64,000 nt of DNA from Neocallimastix sp. 'constans' (lineage: Eukaryota), in assembly GCA_050613775.1 (NCBI GenBank), contig JBODTK010000106.1:310001-374000 (forward strand). The letters are read 5' to 3'. The translations under genes were made by a program, and so were the position numbers. Shown piece by piece: positions 47,799-61,943 of the stretch. Positions within the stretch are counted from its first letter, which is position 1, and every line of letters starts with the position of its first letter. The notes beneath the pieces were generated by a model that was given only the letters and a program-made list of their open reading frames with translations, ran no database searches and had not been told where the DNA came from.

Positions 47799-49404
47799 AA
47801 TGTATTCAGTCAAAAAGTATAAAAAAATGAATGTGTTCTTATAAGCGTAGGATAATGAAAATAATATATTCTATCTGAAAGTATAAATAAGATGAGTATC
47901 TAATCCAAAAGGTGTAACATTATATAATTTTTTTTTTAGTTTAAATATTAATTTTTCTAATTTTATTTATAATATTTTATAATTTAAATATTTATTTTTC
48001 TAATTTTATTTATAATCTCTAATTAGTTTAAATATTTATTTTTCTAATTTTATTTATAATATTTTATAATTCATTAATATCTACTTATATTAACATTTTC
48101 ATCTGAAAGTAAAAAAAAAAAAAAAAAAAAAAAACAACTGGTGTAACGTATCCATATTATATTGAAATTTATTATTAGATAAACTTTCATCCTTTTAAAT
48201 CTAAATTGATAAAATTTTGATAATTTAATTTTTTTAATAAATACAAGCTTAATTTATAGTAATTATTTTTTTATAGTAAAATTTCATTCTATTCATTATT
48301 TGATAATTTTCTATTTAATTAATTATATTAAAAAAAAACATAATTATAAATTATTAAATATAAATATAATACCTATTTAAATACGCAATAATAAAATTTT
48401 ATATTAAATTATAAATAGAAATAAATGACTGTTAAAAATTAATTTGAAGTCAATATATGTATTAATATTATGAATAAGATAAATTTGGAAATAATATTAA
48501 ATATTCATTAGTTTTATTAATTAAGAAAGTAAATTTAATTTTTTTATTATAATGAATATTAATATTTGTTTAATATTTACAACTAATTAATAATAATTAT
48601 ATATTATTAATTATTAAGAAATTATTAAGTAGAAATAATAAACAAAAATAATATTTTATTATTTATTATTCTGACATTTCATCCTTCTTTATAATATTAA
48701 TAAATATTCTCATCTTTTTTATAAACAAAGAAAATTTAAACTTATATTTAGCGTTGTAATATATTAATTATAAATTAAAAAATTATAATTTAATATAATA
48801 ATGAAATATTAATTAATAATAATAAGGTTTAACATATAGTTATTATATATATATATATAGAATAACATTTTACATAGACACATATATTATAATATATTTT
48901 CAATTATTTTTTAATAGTGAATATCATTTTTTATTGTTTTTTCAATTTTTAAAAAATTGTTTTAGTATTAATAATTTAATATATTATCATTGTATTGTAC
49001 TATATATTAAAACTAATTATTTGATTATTTCAATTTTTTTTGTAAATTTTTATTTTAAATTTTTATTATATAATAATTGGAATCGAACATTTTTTTTTTA
49101 TTCTTTTTTTTCAAGTTTAGTTATAATTGTAAATAATATAATATAATTACTTTAGTCTAAAATTTTATTAATAATTTTTTTTTTAAGTAGAAATTAATAT
49201 ATTTCTTCTTTTTTACTACAATACTATTACAGATATACATTTACTGTAATTTTATTAAAGAAGATAATATAAACAATAAATAACAAAATAACAGGATTTG
49301 TACTATATATTTATTTATAATCAAACATAGTGTATATAATTTATACATTTCAATAATAGCAATTGTATTTGTGAATAATCAAAAATAAAAAAGAAAAAAA
49401 CAAA

Positions 49405-52206
49405 ATGTTTAAAAGATTGAATTGCTTATTTTTGTGTTTAGGAATTTTTATTTCTAATGCTTTTGCATTCCAAATAAGAATGCAAACTTTGTATATTACT
49501 GATGGAACAGTAAATTCTATAATTCATACTATGTTAAACAGTTATGGTATTCCATTTGATACAGCTACTTTACCTGTAGCTTCAGTTACTCTAGAAAATG
49601 AAAGTGGTGCTTTATATAATTCTATTGTTATTGAAGGTGCAACTTCAGTAAATTTTCCAGTGGAAATTAAAACTCAAATAGAAGATTATCAAAAGAAATA
49701 CAGCGTAAGAGTAGCTTATTTAAATTCTGAACCAGATACTTCAAAAGGTTTTTCTGCTGCTGCACAGGCTCAAAATGTTGTTGGAGCTCAATTAACTACT
49801 GAAGGTGTTAAGATGGCAGAAAAAATTCAAATGAAGGGTAATGACGTATTTTTTGAAATTCCAAATTCTTCAGTGTATGTAAATAATATAATATTAATGA
49901 TTATAAATAAAATAAGTAAATTAAATATAATAATGATTGAATTTATATTAATTTTTATTTATATATTTAAAATTAATGATAGTGATTCTGTTGGTACTGT
50001 TACCAGTGTAGGTCATTATGAACCAACTATTACGGATCCATCCGCTCTTGAAGAATTTTTAAAATATAATAATACTGAGGCTGGTGTAAATATTAATAAT
50101 ATAATAATAATATATAATTTTTACATATTTTTTATTTTAAAATTAATTTTATATATATAAGAGAAAAATATTAAATATATTAAAATATAATTTAAATTAA
50201 TAAAAATTGTTAAATATAGTGTGCTGGTGCTATTTATAAAAAGGATGGTGTTAATTCTATGTATATATTTATTCCATTTGTTGATAGTATAGCTGCTTTC
50301 TTTACTAGTCACTTTTGGATTAATTGGACTTCATATGGTATTATTAATGGTTTTAGAAGAATTTATTTAGGTGTTCAAGTCGATGATTATTTCGCTGATA
50401 ATGTAGTTAATGAACTTTTACAAGAAAATCGTTCATACAGAACTACAGTTGATGATATGAAAGGTCTTGCTGAATGGCAAAATACCCTCGCTTCCCGTAT
50501 GCCAAAGGGCTCTTTCTATAAGACCGAATTAGCCATGAACAGTATTCCAATTTTAGTTGCTGCTGAACATAAACAATATGAAATTAGAAATTGGGACTTA
50601 ACTCCTCAAGAAGATGCATACATAAAACCATTAAATGAAGTTGGTGATCAAAGATGGAGTGGTAATGAAGATACTGATTGGGATCCAGAAGCATTAAGAA
50701 AAGATCCTTTATATGAATATTTTGCTAAGAATCCAAAAACTCAAGAAGACTTCTTCTGGCTTACTCACACTTTCAGTCATGAGAATCTAGATTATGCTTC
50801 AAAGTTTGATGTTGAAAATGAAATTGGTTTGAATGTTAAAATGGCTGGTGAAAAATATTTAGATTTATATGAAAAGGAATGGTTCTCAAAGAACAGTATT
50901 GTGTGTCCAGAAATTAGTGGTTTACATAATGGTCATTGTTTAGAAGCTTTTAAGGAATACGAAGTTATCTATGGTGTTGGTGATACTTCACGTGCTGATA
51001 TTACAAACATGACTAACCCATATATTCCAATGATGACAACAATGGCTACTTCTAATTTCGAAGGATTTATGGTTATTCCACGTCAACCAACCCAAGTTTA
51101 TTGGGATATTGATACTGTTGAAGGTACTGAGAAGTATTACAATAATTTCTATAAAACTGATGCTACTTGGAGTCAAATTTTAGATCGTGAAGCTTTACAT
51201 GTTACAAAACTTTTCTTGCAATTAAGACATGATCCATATATGTTCCATGAAAGTAATCTTCGTAATGCTGATTTCCCAGAAATTACTATGAATGGTGCTT
51301 CTGGTCATTATGGTTTATTACAACAGTGGGTTGAAAGAATTATTGAAGAAATTACAAAATATGTTGATTGGCCAATTATTTCATTAAAGATGGATGATCT
51401 TGCTAAAACTTATATTAAAAGAATGGATCGTATAAGGTGTAATCCAGAATACAAAATTAATATTAATGATAGTACACATGTTATAGAAAGTGTTGATATT
51501 ATATCTTCTGGAGATTGTGAAATTCCATTATTTGTTTGTAAAACTGGTGAAATTGATTCAACTACTGTTGATAGTATAGAACAAATTGGTAATGATCCAA
51601 AAACAGCTTGGATTAAGCTTACTGGTGGTACTCCAAGAAGTGTTAAATTTGTTGGAGATGTTATGTGGGATGGTGATGCTGAATCTTTCTGGAGTAAATA
51701 TTGATTTATTATAATAAATTTTTCTTTCATATTTTTTTATTATTAAGAAATATTAATTAATTATATATATATATTTTATAATTGATTTTATTTTTGTAGA
51801 TAATCAAAGTGCTACTGGTGTTCCTGTTACAAATGGCTCACCAGCTACAACTGAAGCCCCAGCTACCACTGGTCAGAGTGTTACTGATGGAAATGTTGTT
51901 GACCCAAGTGCTTTAGATGGTGCAAGATTATCTGCTACTATTAACTATAAGGAAGAAAATACACAACCAACTGTTAATATAGTTGTACCATCCTATATAT
52001 ATATCCCAGAAGGTTCTCTTCCAAGTTATGTTAAACTTACCCATTCCGAAGACTCAAATGAAGAAGGAAAAGCTGCATTTGCAGATCCAGCAAATATTCC
52101 AGTATTATCATGGAAATGGGGATATGATGAAACAAAAGGATACTGGGAGACATGGAGTTGGGATAATGTTCCTGAACAATACAAAAAGTACTTCTCAGTT
52201 TTTTAA
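49405..52206 (+). CDS. Secreted Agd3-like (CE18-type) polysaccharide deacetylase, 4 exons
   Basis: Signal peptide; motifs LGVQVDDYF, WLTHTFSHENLD, ISGLHNG, GDTSR, VIPR, LRHDPYMFH as in Aspergillus Agd3-family proteins; exons ~49405-49878, ~49983-50085, 50219-51693, 51800-52206. Confidence 0.8.
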
Positions 52207-53149
52207 ACATAAAACTGAAAATTGAAAATGACTATTCCGTCTTCATAATTATAAAATAGATATATATATATATATTTTTTATATATAAATTTTTTTCATT
52301 TTTAATATTTATAAAAAAAAGAAAGTACCCAATAATATAACATAATCAATAAATAATAATAATATATAAATCTATCTTTTTAAATTATCTTTTTTTATTA
52401 TTTTAAATATACTTTTTTTTTTTTAAATTGTAATTTATTATTTAAATCTAATATAATTTTTTCATAATTTTTCTTTTTATATATATATATATATAAAAGG
52501 AGAAGTAATAAATAATTTAAATAAAGATTTTTTTTTTTTTAATATGTTATTTGTGTTTTTTTTTTTTTTTTTTTTTTTTTTATTATTTTGATATCTCATA
52601 TAAATTTATAGTAGATCGTAGAGTAACTTTATTTAAGATTATTATAATGATGAATATAAAAATAATAGTTATATCTGAAGTTCTTTGTAATAATTCCTGT
52701 CCATATCATATATCGAAAACTAATTTTGAAGATTCCATTTAAGAATATTCAAATTTTTAGAAATGGTTGTAATTTTTACTTAAATACTTCCAACTTTTTA
52801 CACGAATAAAATATTAGTCTTTTTTATAAATGAATAGAATCAATGGTTAGTTGTTAGAGCATTTTCCCTGTAATTAATAAAGATAATATTGAATAATGAT
52901 AAAGATAATATCGAATAGTAAATAAAATTTATTTCCATATGAGAGAGAAATTTTTATAATATTTACTTATTTACAAAAAAAATACTCTAGTGAATTTATT
53001 TTTATAAAATTTCAATAGCGAGTGAAATATACATATGAAAAATTATATAATAATGAATGTAAAAATATTTAATAATAATAATAGTACATAATAATTATAA
53101 TAATAATTACAATTATTATAATAATAGTACTATTATAATTTGAAAATTA

Positions 53150-56100
53150 TAATAGTACATTCAATAATATTTCTGACCACTTCCCTCTTATCCTTTCCTG
53201 TAAGAAAGATGTCTCAGAAGGTTTTCGTGCTTCTACTCCATCTAGAAGATTCAAGTGGTCCCAACACATGTGTAATGAAAAGCATAATGAAATATTCTCA
53301 AGTAACTACTTCTCAATTCTTCTTAATGAATTTGATGATAATAAAGAATTAAGTTCTAATGAAATGGTCAATAAATTTATAGAAACAGCTAATAAAGTTG
53401 GTGATAAAGTTCATGCTAGAGTTCCTTGTGATCTTAAAGGCTCAGCTTTTCACTGCCCTTATTATATCAAGAAACATTCTCATGAAAAGCATGTTGCATT
53501 TTATGAAATCAAAAATTTTTCTTAAGGTCCTAATCTTGAAAACCTTGATGAATTTTTAAATTTGCTTCGTGAATATAAAAATATATGTGGTAAAGTCAGA
53601 TCAATTAAGTTTTCTATTAAATCAAAACAATTTCATCAGTCGATAGAATCTGCATGTAATGATTTTCGTAATAAAAATGCTAGGAGTGCTTGGTTAGAAT
53701 TAAAGAAGCTATCTTACCCTATGTACTCTAATTCTATTTTGTCAAGCGTTTTAAAGGACAAGCAGGGTAACTTTTTATTTTCTCATTCGGATCAATTGAA
53801 TCATTTTGTTGAACATTATAGTGAACTAGCTTCTGATGGTACTCAATATAGTCTGGATAATGAATGCTGGGTAAATTTATTTGGAACTAATCCTAATAAT
53901 AATCCTACTTGGAATATTAATGATCCTATTACAATGGAAGAAATTCAAAACACTGTGCTTGATATGAAAAATAATAAAGCTCCTGACCCCGATGGTATTC
54001 CGATTTAATTTTTTCAAAGCCTTCTTTAGTAAATCTGAATTATCCGATAATCAAGATGATTCTTCAGTTGTTCATTACTCTAATTGTGTTAAATGTTTAC
54101 TTTCATTATTTAACAAAATCTGGGATAATTTCCCTGAAGAGTGGAATTCGGCTTCTATAATATCAATTCCAAAAAAAGGAGATCTTTCAGATTGCAATAA
54201 TTATTGTGGTATTTCTCTTATTAATGTTGGCTTAAAAATTATTTCAAAGATTGTTACTAATAGAATTGCTAAATATGCCTTTTGAACATAAATTTGTTAG
54301 ACCTGAACAATTTGGATTTAGAAATAAAAAAGAATGCATAAGTTTATATATTTCAATTAGAGAAATATGTCAAAGAAGAAAATTAGAAGGAAATTTTACT
54401 TATCTTGCTTTTCTTGATCTTTAAAAAAGCCAATGATTCAGTACCTATCTTTAATATTTTGATCAAATTATATATAACCTAGGAATTAGAGGTAAATATC
54501 ATCTGTTTTTAAAGAATCTTTGTCTATCCTCTAAAGCTCGTGCTTTTTTTAATGGTAATCTCTCAGAAGAATTTTCGATTAATCGTGGTGTTAGACAAGG
54601 ATGCCCTCTATCTCCTATTTTATTCAATTTGTTCATTAATGATATACTGGATAATTGTGATAAGTATGGTGTAAATTTAGATTCTCAATATTGTTGTGGT
54701 AGACTTTTTTTGAGGATAATATTGTTTTAGTTGCTCCATCTAAACAAGCTCTTAAGAAAATTTTTGAATAAAGTTCATGAATGGGCTATTAAAAATGAAA
54801 TGATTTTTGGAATTAATAAGTGTGCTACTTCAGTTGTAAAACCGATTATCTTTGTTAAACCGATAAATTATGAAGTTCCATCTTTCTTTATTGGTAGTAA
54901 CAAATTACCTAAAACTGACAACTATACTTATCTTGGTATTCCATTTGATGAATCTTTATCTTTGAAACCTATACAATTCAAATTAAACAATAATTTAAAT
55001 GTCAAGTTAAATTTCGTACTTTCGATTTCTTATTAATAAATCTATTCCTCTCCCATTGAAGAAATATGTTTTATTTTCGTTTATTCTTAGTCTTGTTATA
55101 TATTATGCTCCTCTCTTTGGTTCAAATAAGAGCAGATGTTCTAAAGTTCAAAAAATTATTAATAGAGGACTTTATTGGAGTTATGGATTTAAACCTCGCA
55201 ATTCTTATGTTAGTCTCTATGATATTACTCGTGAATTGAAAATACCTCCTCTTTCAATTGTCTGTGCTATATCTCAATTACGTTGCTTTAGAAAATGGAA
55301 AAATTCATCATATATTATTAATCATCTCACTAATAATATTCCTACTATGTCACATTACTCATGGACTAAAGAATCAAGGACTTTGGATAAAAAATTAAAT
55401 GGTAAAAAAAACAAGTGAAATAAAAAAGTTTTAATGGGAAAGAGATGTTTTCAAACCTCAAAAGCTAAAAAAGCTATTATTTTCAAGGAGAATGATTTTG
55501 GATTTATTTCAGAAATCAAAAACTTAACATTTCAATATCCTAAGTATCAGTTGGGATTCTTTTGGATTTCTCGAATTAGGTGTGATTTTAAATTTGTCAT
55601 GAGTATTTCCATTTAAAGAAAAATAGTCTCAAAAGATTTCCGTATATGTTGTCCTTGTTGTGGTGTTAGTGTACCTAGCTTTTCTCACTGGATCTTTGCC
55701 TGTAAAGAATTGGAAAATTACAAAAATAAATCTTTACCTTTTCTAGATGATCTCTTTTTGAAGTTTGCAATGATAATTGAACAAAAATCCTTGGATGTTT
55801 ATTTAGATTCAGAAAAGGATTATGATAATAATATTTATTACTTTATATTGAATACATGGTCATTTTGAAGCAATGTTTATATATATTAGCAATGTGTGTT
55901 GTTAAATGGCATACAAATACAATCATTCAACCATATTGTTCATAAAAATAATATATGCAGAAATACAGCAATGTTATGAAAAACCTAGCTAGTTGATCAT
56001 CATATGTTTTTGATCGTTCAACTGGTCAAAAACATGCTCAGAATTCTAAAAACTAGCTAGGTTTGCAATCACTAAAAACACTATCATGTATATATAATCG

Positions 56101-56925
56101 TCACAGTTTTGAACTTCATGAATTCTGAACTTGTATTAATTAATTGAACAACATCCCAGTTTTAACATTCATTAAACTTCAAAATCTATATCATTCATAG
56201 TATTTCATAGCTGTTTTGATCATTGAATTAATTAGGCCTAAAAATATTAATTAAATATATTAGTTTTTATGATTTATTTTATCAAAAACTATGCTATGAC
56301 ATCTATTGATTAAGCCTTCAAAATTTAGATATATATCAACAATATGGTTTTTATAACAAAATATATGCAAAATGCTATGATTTTAAAACCAAGAAAACAC
56401 TCAAAGAATCCGTTATGCAATGCTGCTCACGGAGACAAGCGAGAAAATCGAGCACGGAACGCAGTGGAGCTGCCCAGATTTGTCGAGATTAGTCGGGAGT
56501 GAGCAAATGTAGTAACCAAACAATCCAAAAAAAAAAAAAAAAATAAAATAAAAAACAAGTGTTTTCTGGGTTTTAAAATCATATTGAGTTTTTAACAAAC
56601 TTAATACCTCTAATTTGTCAATCTTTTAGATTGATGATGAAATGGTATTCCGTTGAATCTACCATTGCCAAGAGCGTCGACGACGAAATGATACAGATTC
56701 GTTAGATAACATTAATACTGAAATTATTACTCGCAATAATGGACGTGGTGTTATCATCGAGGAATGGGAAAATTTAGAGGCTATTGTTTCTAACGTACTT
56801 TTATAATTTTATAATATAAAATGTTTTATTTCATGTATTTTATTTGTTATTTTTTCATTTAAATCATGTAATTTTATTTTTATTATAAATTAAATAAAGT
56901 TATTCTCCTAGTCTAAAAAAAAAAA
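53150..56925 (+). mobile_element. 5'-truncated, frameshifted LINE (APE endonuclease end, RT, Cys/His knuckle, poly-A)
   Basis: ISDHFPL (APE end), KAPDPDGIP, IPKKGDLSDCNNY.GISL, GVRQGCPLSPILFNLFINDIL, YTYLGI, CPCC..SHWIFAC; ends TCCTAGTCT(A)11 at 56906-56925; many stops and frameshifts. Confidence 0.93.
55856..56585. other. Foreign insert with inverted repeats replacing part of the LINE
   Basis: LINE homology to the 26570-26947 copy stops at ~55855 and resumes at ~56586; insert holds IR pairs 55981-55994/56051-56064 and 56377-56401/56558-56582. Confidence 0.75.
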
Positions 56926-57026
56926 TAAAAGTAAAAATAAGATTGAAAGGAAATTTATATAATAAAAAATTATAAATAAAACAATCATTATAACTATAGT
57001 TATTATAATGTATTATTTTTAATAAT

Positions 57027-57066
<40 letters not shown>

Positions 57067-57346
57067 CAAAAAATATATTAATTTAATTATGGGTAGAATT
57101 GGTATTTTATTTTCATGTTTTTTGTTAATATTATTTAATTTTTCTTTTCTTTTCTTTGGTAAAATAGTATAGATTTATTTTAGTTTTATTTTAGTTTTCT
57201 CATTTAATATTGGTTTAAAAGAATGTTAATATATATAATGTTAAAAATAAAGAAATTTAGATTTTTGATTTTAATAGGCTAAAGATTAATTATTATTAAT
57301 CTATTAATCTACAAATTTTAATAGTATTATCATTTTTTTATAAATT

Positions 57347-57995
57347 TTATGAATTTGAAATACTTAATTTATATGAATTAGAGGTATCTACTTCATTATT
57401 ATTATTATTTGAAATACTTGCTTTATGTGAATTAGTGGTATCTATTTCATTTTTATTATTATTTGAATATATAGTACTACTTCCACCATAAGATTGGGTA
57501 TGCACTCTTTCATTTTTTGATGAAATATTATTTAATATATTCATACCTTTGGTTCTTGATCTTAATGCAATGTATTGTGTAGCATCTGAAGAATCATTAG
57601 TTGTACTACTATTGCTATAATTACGTGAACCTCTCATTAATAAAAGAATTCTTGATCCAACCAAAGTATATACACAAATAAAATGAAGTAAACAACTAAA
57701 AATAATTGTTATAAAGAAAAATAAAGGATAATTATCACCTCCATCTAATCTAGTGATGAGACGTCCTACAATATAATCAGAAATATTAGTACTGAAAATA
57801 ACAAAGGTATAACAAATATCACCAAATTTTTTTGAATAACTTCCAGTGGCAACAATCATAAATATAAGAGCAATAAACTATATAAAGAAAAATAGTAAGA
57901 AAAAAATAATAGTATAATAATATAATTTAATATTATATTTAATAATATATTTTAGAAATATATATATATATATATTTATATTTATACATTTTCTT

Positions 57996-58052
<57 letters not shown>

Positions 58053-59990
58053 GAATAAAAATAAAAATGTACATACAATGAAAGAAAGGTATCCTTGATA
58101 TATTCCATTAAGAGTTTTAAAATTTGAATAATATCCTACAGGAATACGAGCATATCTTACAGAACCAATAGATTCATAATAAAATCTACATGTAAAAACA
58201 ATTATTATTCTATATAATACAGCCAGAAAAATAACTGAAAAAACTATTATAAATAAGCGTTTATTATTTAAAGTATATACTATTAAAGTTTTTGTTTTAT
58301 AAATACGGTAAATACGATAAGCAACCGCAAACATTGGAATATATATTAAATTTGTTCCAAGAGTATCAATAATAAGGAATAGTTTTATTTTTAAAAGGGA
58401 ATAAGGTGGAATGAATTTCAATACTTTTATCAAATTTAAAATACATCCGAGTACAATGAAATTACAAAATATAGGTGATATGACTTTCATGTATGGATGA
58501 TTTTTTAATTTGATAGTCATATAGATATAAAAAGTAAAAAATAGGATGGTTATCGTGCTAACTAAAATGGATAATATTCCATAGATACCTAAATGATCAG
58601 TGATAAATTTATATACATTAGTTAATGAAAATTTTATATAATCCAAATCATTTGTAATAAAATAATTTTTAAATCGAATTGGAATTAAACATAATATTTC
58701 AAAAAATGGTACCATGGTATCTGATTTAAAAATATCTCTAATGTATAATTTTTTCGTTTTTTCCATTACTTGACATAGTATTGGATTATCATGACAATAA
58801 TTTTGTAAATCTTGATCTGTATCCATTTTAGAAAAATCAAATGTTGGAATACTTCCAAAATTTTTTGCTCTAAATAATTGAGCATCTTTATCGGTTAGAA
58901 TGAGAGCAATTTCAGCTAAAAGTTCAGGATTAATTTTACTAAATTTATTTGCTACTAAATATTTATGAGTTGTAGCTGTTTGATATTTTGGTGGTAGAGA
59001 TAAAGGAATTTCATAATTTGAATATTCTGATCTAAAAATATAATGATGAGAAGCTTTTGCTTTAAAAAATGATGAATTATTTTTTTTAAAATAATTATAG
59101 GCATCATCTAAACTGGTTAAAGCAGCATTTCTTGCATTATTTTTTTCCGAAAAAGTTCTTACTAAATCACGAAATTCTGTATAGTAGTTGGTCGAAGATT
59201 TATTTGTAAATAAATCCATGTAATTTGAATCATATTCCGGTGATAAATTATAATGATTACTAGTATATTCAATTATAAAATTTAATAAGTCATTATCATC
59301 GCCGAAAGCCACTCTTAGTGGTTGAGCATTGCTTTCCATTTGCTTGATTAAATCATTCCATGTATAATTTTCCATATTTTGTAATAAGAGTTGAGTATCA
59401 TTATAAGATTTTGAATATTTTTCATCTTTTCCATGATAATATAAAACATCGAAATCGTATTCGAAAGGAATTCCAATAATTTTATTTTCATAAATGCCGT
59501 AACTTAAAATTTTCGGATCATGAAATTCCAAATCTTTTTTATTTATATATTTTGATAAATCATGCAATAATTCAAGAGAAGGTTGTCTATATTTTATTTC
59601 ACTCAAGATTAATGGAGATTCCATTAAAGCCATTTCATTAAATAAAATTCGTTCATCCATCACAACAAAATCATATTCTTTTTTTGATAATTTTGATGCT
59701 AAATCATTCATATAATTTAAAGCCACTGGTTGTCCACTACTTTCCACTGGTAAATATGGATAAAAATATATATCAATTTCATAATTATTTAAAATTTCAT
59801 GATTCTTTGTTTTTTCAATAAAATAATTATTTAATTCTTTCCTATATCTTTCCCATTCCTCACGAGGAATATTATCAGGCATATCTGGTTGTTTCATACA
59901 TATTTTTATTCTTTGTTTATCTGCCCATATTATTTTTGATAAAAACAACAAATAAATTAAAAAAACTTTTAAAATATTTCGAAAATTCAT
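57347..59990 (-). CDS. Class C-like GPCR with N-terminal solute-binding-protein-like ectodomain, copy A (exons 59990-58077, 57877-57347; ~814 aa)
   Basis: Signal peptide; ~450-aa ectodomain with SBP-like motifs (YDFVVMD, LHDLSKYI, IIGIPFEYDFDVLYY, TWNDL); seven hydrophobic segments incl. KVISPIFCNFIVLG and YRIYRIY; GTATGT...TAG intron. Confidence 0.85.
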
Positions 59991-60150
59991 TATTTTTATT
60001 ATTATTATTTATTAAAATTTATTATTATTATTATTTATAAATAATTATATTAAATATAAAATTTAATGACTAATATATGTTTTATTCTTTTTTTTAATAT
60101 CCTAATTTTTTTAAAATTATTTGTTTAATTAATGTATTATTTATGCTTTT

Positions 60151-60202
<52 letters not shown>

Positions 60203-60364
60203 ACTGAATAAGAAATATTTTTTTAAAAGTTATAAATATGATTAAAATATAACTTCTCAATCAAATATCAAAATTTACTTATTAATATTTAATTGAAAGA
60301 AATGCATATCTTTTATAATTATAAAATTATAATTTTTTTTTCTTTTCATTTTTTTACTTTTTTT

Positions 60365-60456
<92 letters not shown>

Positions 60457-60537
60457 ATTTAAAAATTATAAAAGTTTAAAAATTAAAAATTATTTATCCT
60501 AATTATTAGTAAAGAATTAAAATTAACCTTATTGATT

Positions 60538-60568
<31 letters not shown>

Positions 60569-61005
60569 AATTGAATTATTATAATAAACTTTAAAAATAT
60601 GAAAATATTTCTTAAAATTTAAAAATTTTAGATTTAAATATCACTATACATAATTTATATTCGTAAGTAATTAAAAATTATTTGTAATTGTAGAAATTAA
60701 TAAAAAAAATATTCATGTTTGTTTATAGTCGTTTTTATTCCTTTAATGTTCTTATAATTTTACATAAAATATTTGAACATTGATTAAAACGTTGTTTTTC
60801 ATTTAATAATTATACCTTTTTTATTTAAATAAATCAATTTTTTTTAATATAATTATTTTATATATTATTCATAAGTTCTTTCAGTAATTAATTATATGTA
60901 TATATATATATATTTTAGAAATTTAAAATATTTATATTTAATTTTAATTATAATTTATATAATAAAATTTTAATAAAATTATAAAATATAAAAATGAAAA
61001 AGTTA

Positions 61006-61250
61006 ACTTAATCTTTGGTATATATAAAATTTTAAAGATTAAGTTTTAATATTATCATTTATTTTTGTAATTAGTGTTTTGTTTTAAATTTATTATATTT
61101 TTTTATATACTTTTTATTTTTTGATTACTTAATCTTTGGTATATATATAATTTTAAAGATTAAGTTTTAATATTATCATTTATTTTTGTAATTAGTGTTT
61201 TGTTTAAAATTTATTATATTTTTTTTATATACTTTTTATTTTTTGATTAC
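61006..61250. repeat. ~121-bp direct tandem duplication
   Basis: ACTTAATCTTTGGTATATATA..AAAGATTAAGTTTTAATATTATC.. occurs at 61006 and 61127. Confidence 0.85.
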
Positions 61251-61380
61251 TAAATTAATTATAAGTTTTTTTACATTTGGATTACTTGTTTTAAATGAAG
61301 TAGTAGTATCTCTATTTATGTTGCTTGAATTTTAGGTATCCTTTTCTGAATAATTAAATCAAGAAAGAGAACTTCCAATA

Positions 61381-61881
61381 CTATTTCTCGATGTTAAATA
61401 TACTAAATCTTTTTATTATACTCATAATTCTGATTCCTGGTCTTAATGCAATGTATTGTGTAGCATCTGAAGAATCATTAGTTGTACTACTATTGCTATA
61501 ATTACGTGAACCTCTCATTAATAAAAGAATTCTTGATCCAACCAAAGTATATACACAAATAAAATGAAGTAAACAACTAAAAATAATTGTTATAAAGAAA
61601 AATAAAGGATAATTATCACCTCCATCTAATCTAGTGATGAGACGTCCTACAATATAATCAGAAATATTAGTACTGAAAATAACAAAGGTATAACAAATAT
61701 CACCAAATTTTTTTGAATGACTTCCAGTGGCAACAATCATAAATATAAGAGCAATAAACTATATAAAGAAAAATAGTAAGAAAAAAAATAATAGTATAAT
61801 AATATAATTTAATATTATATTTAATTAATAATATATTTTAGAAATATATATATATATATATTTATATTTATACATTTTCTT

Positions 61882-61943
<62 letters not shown>

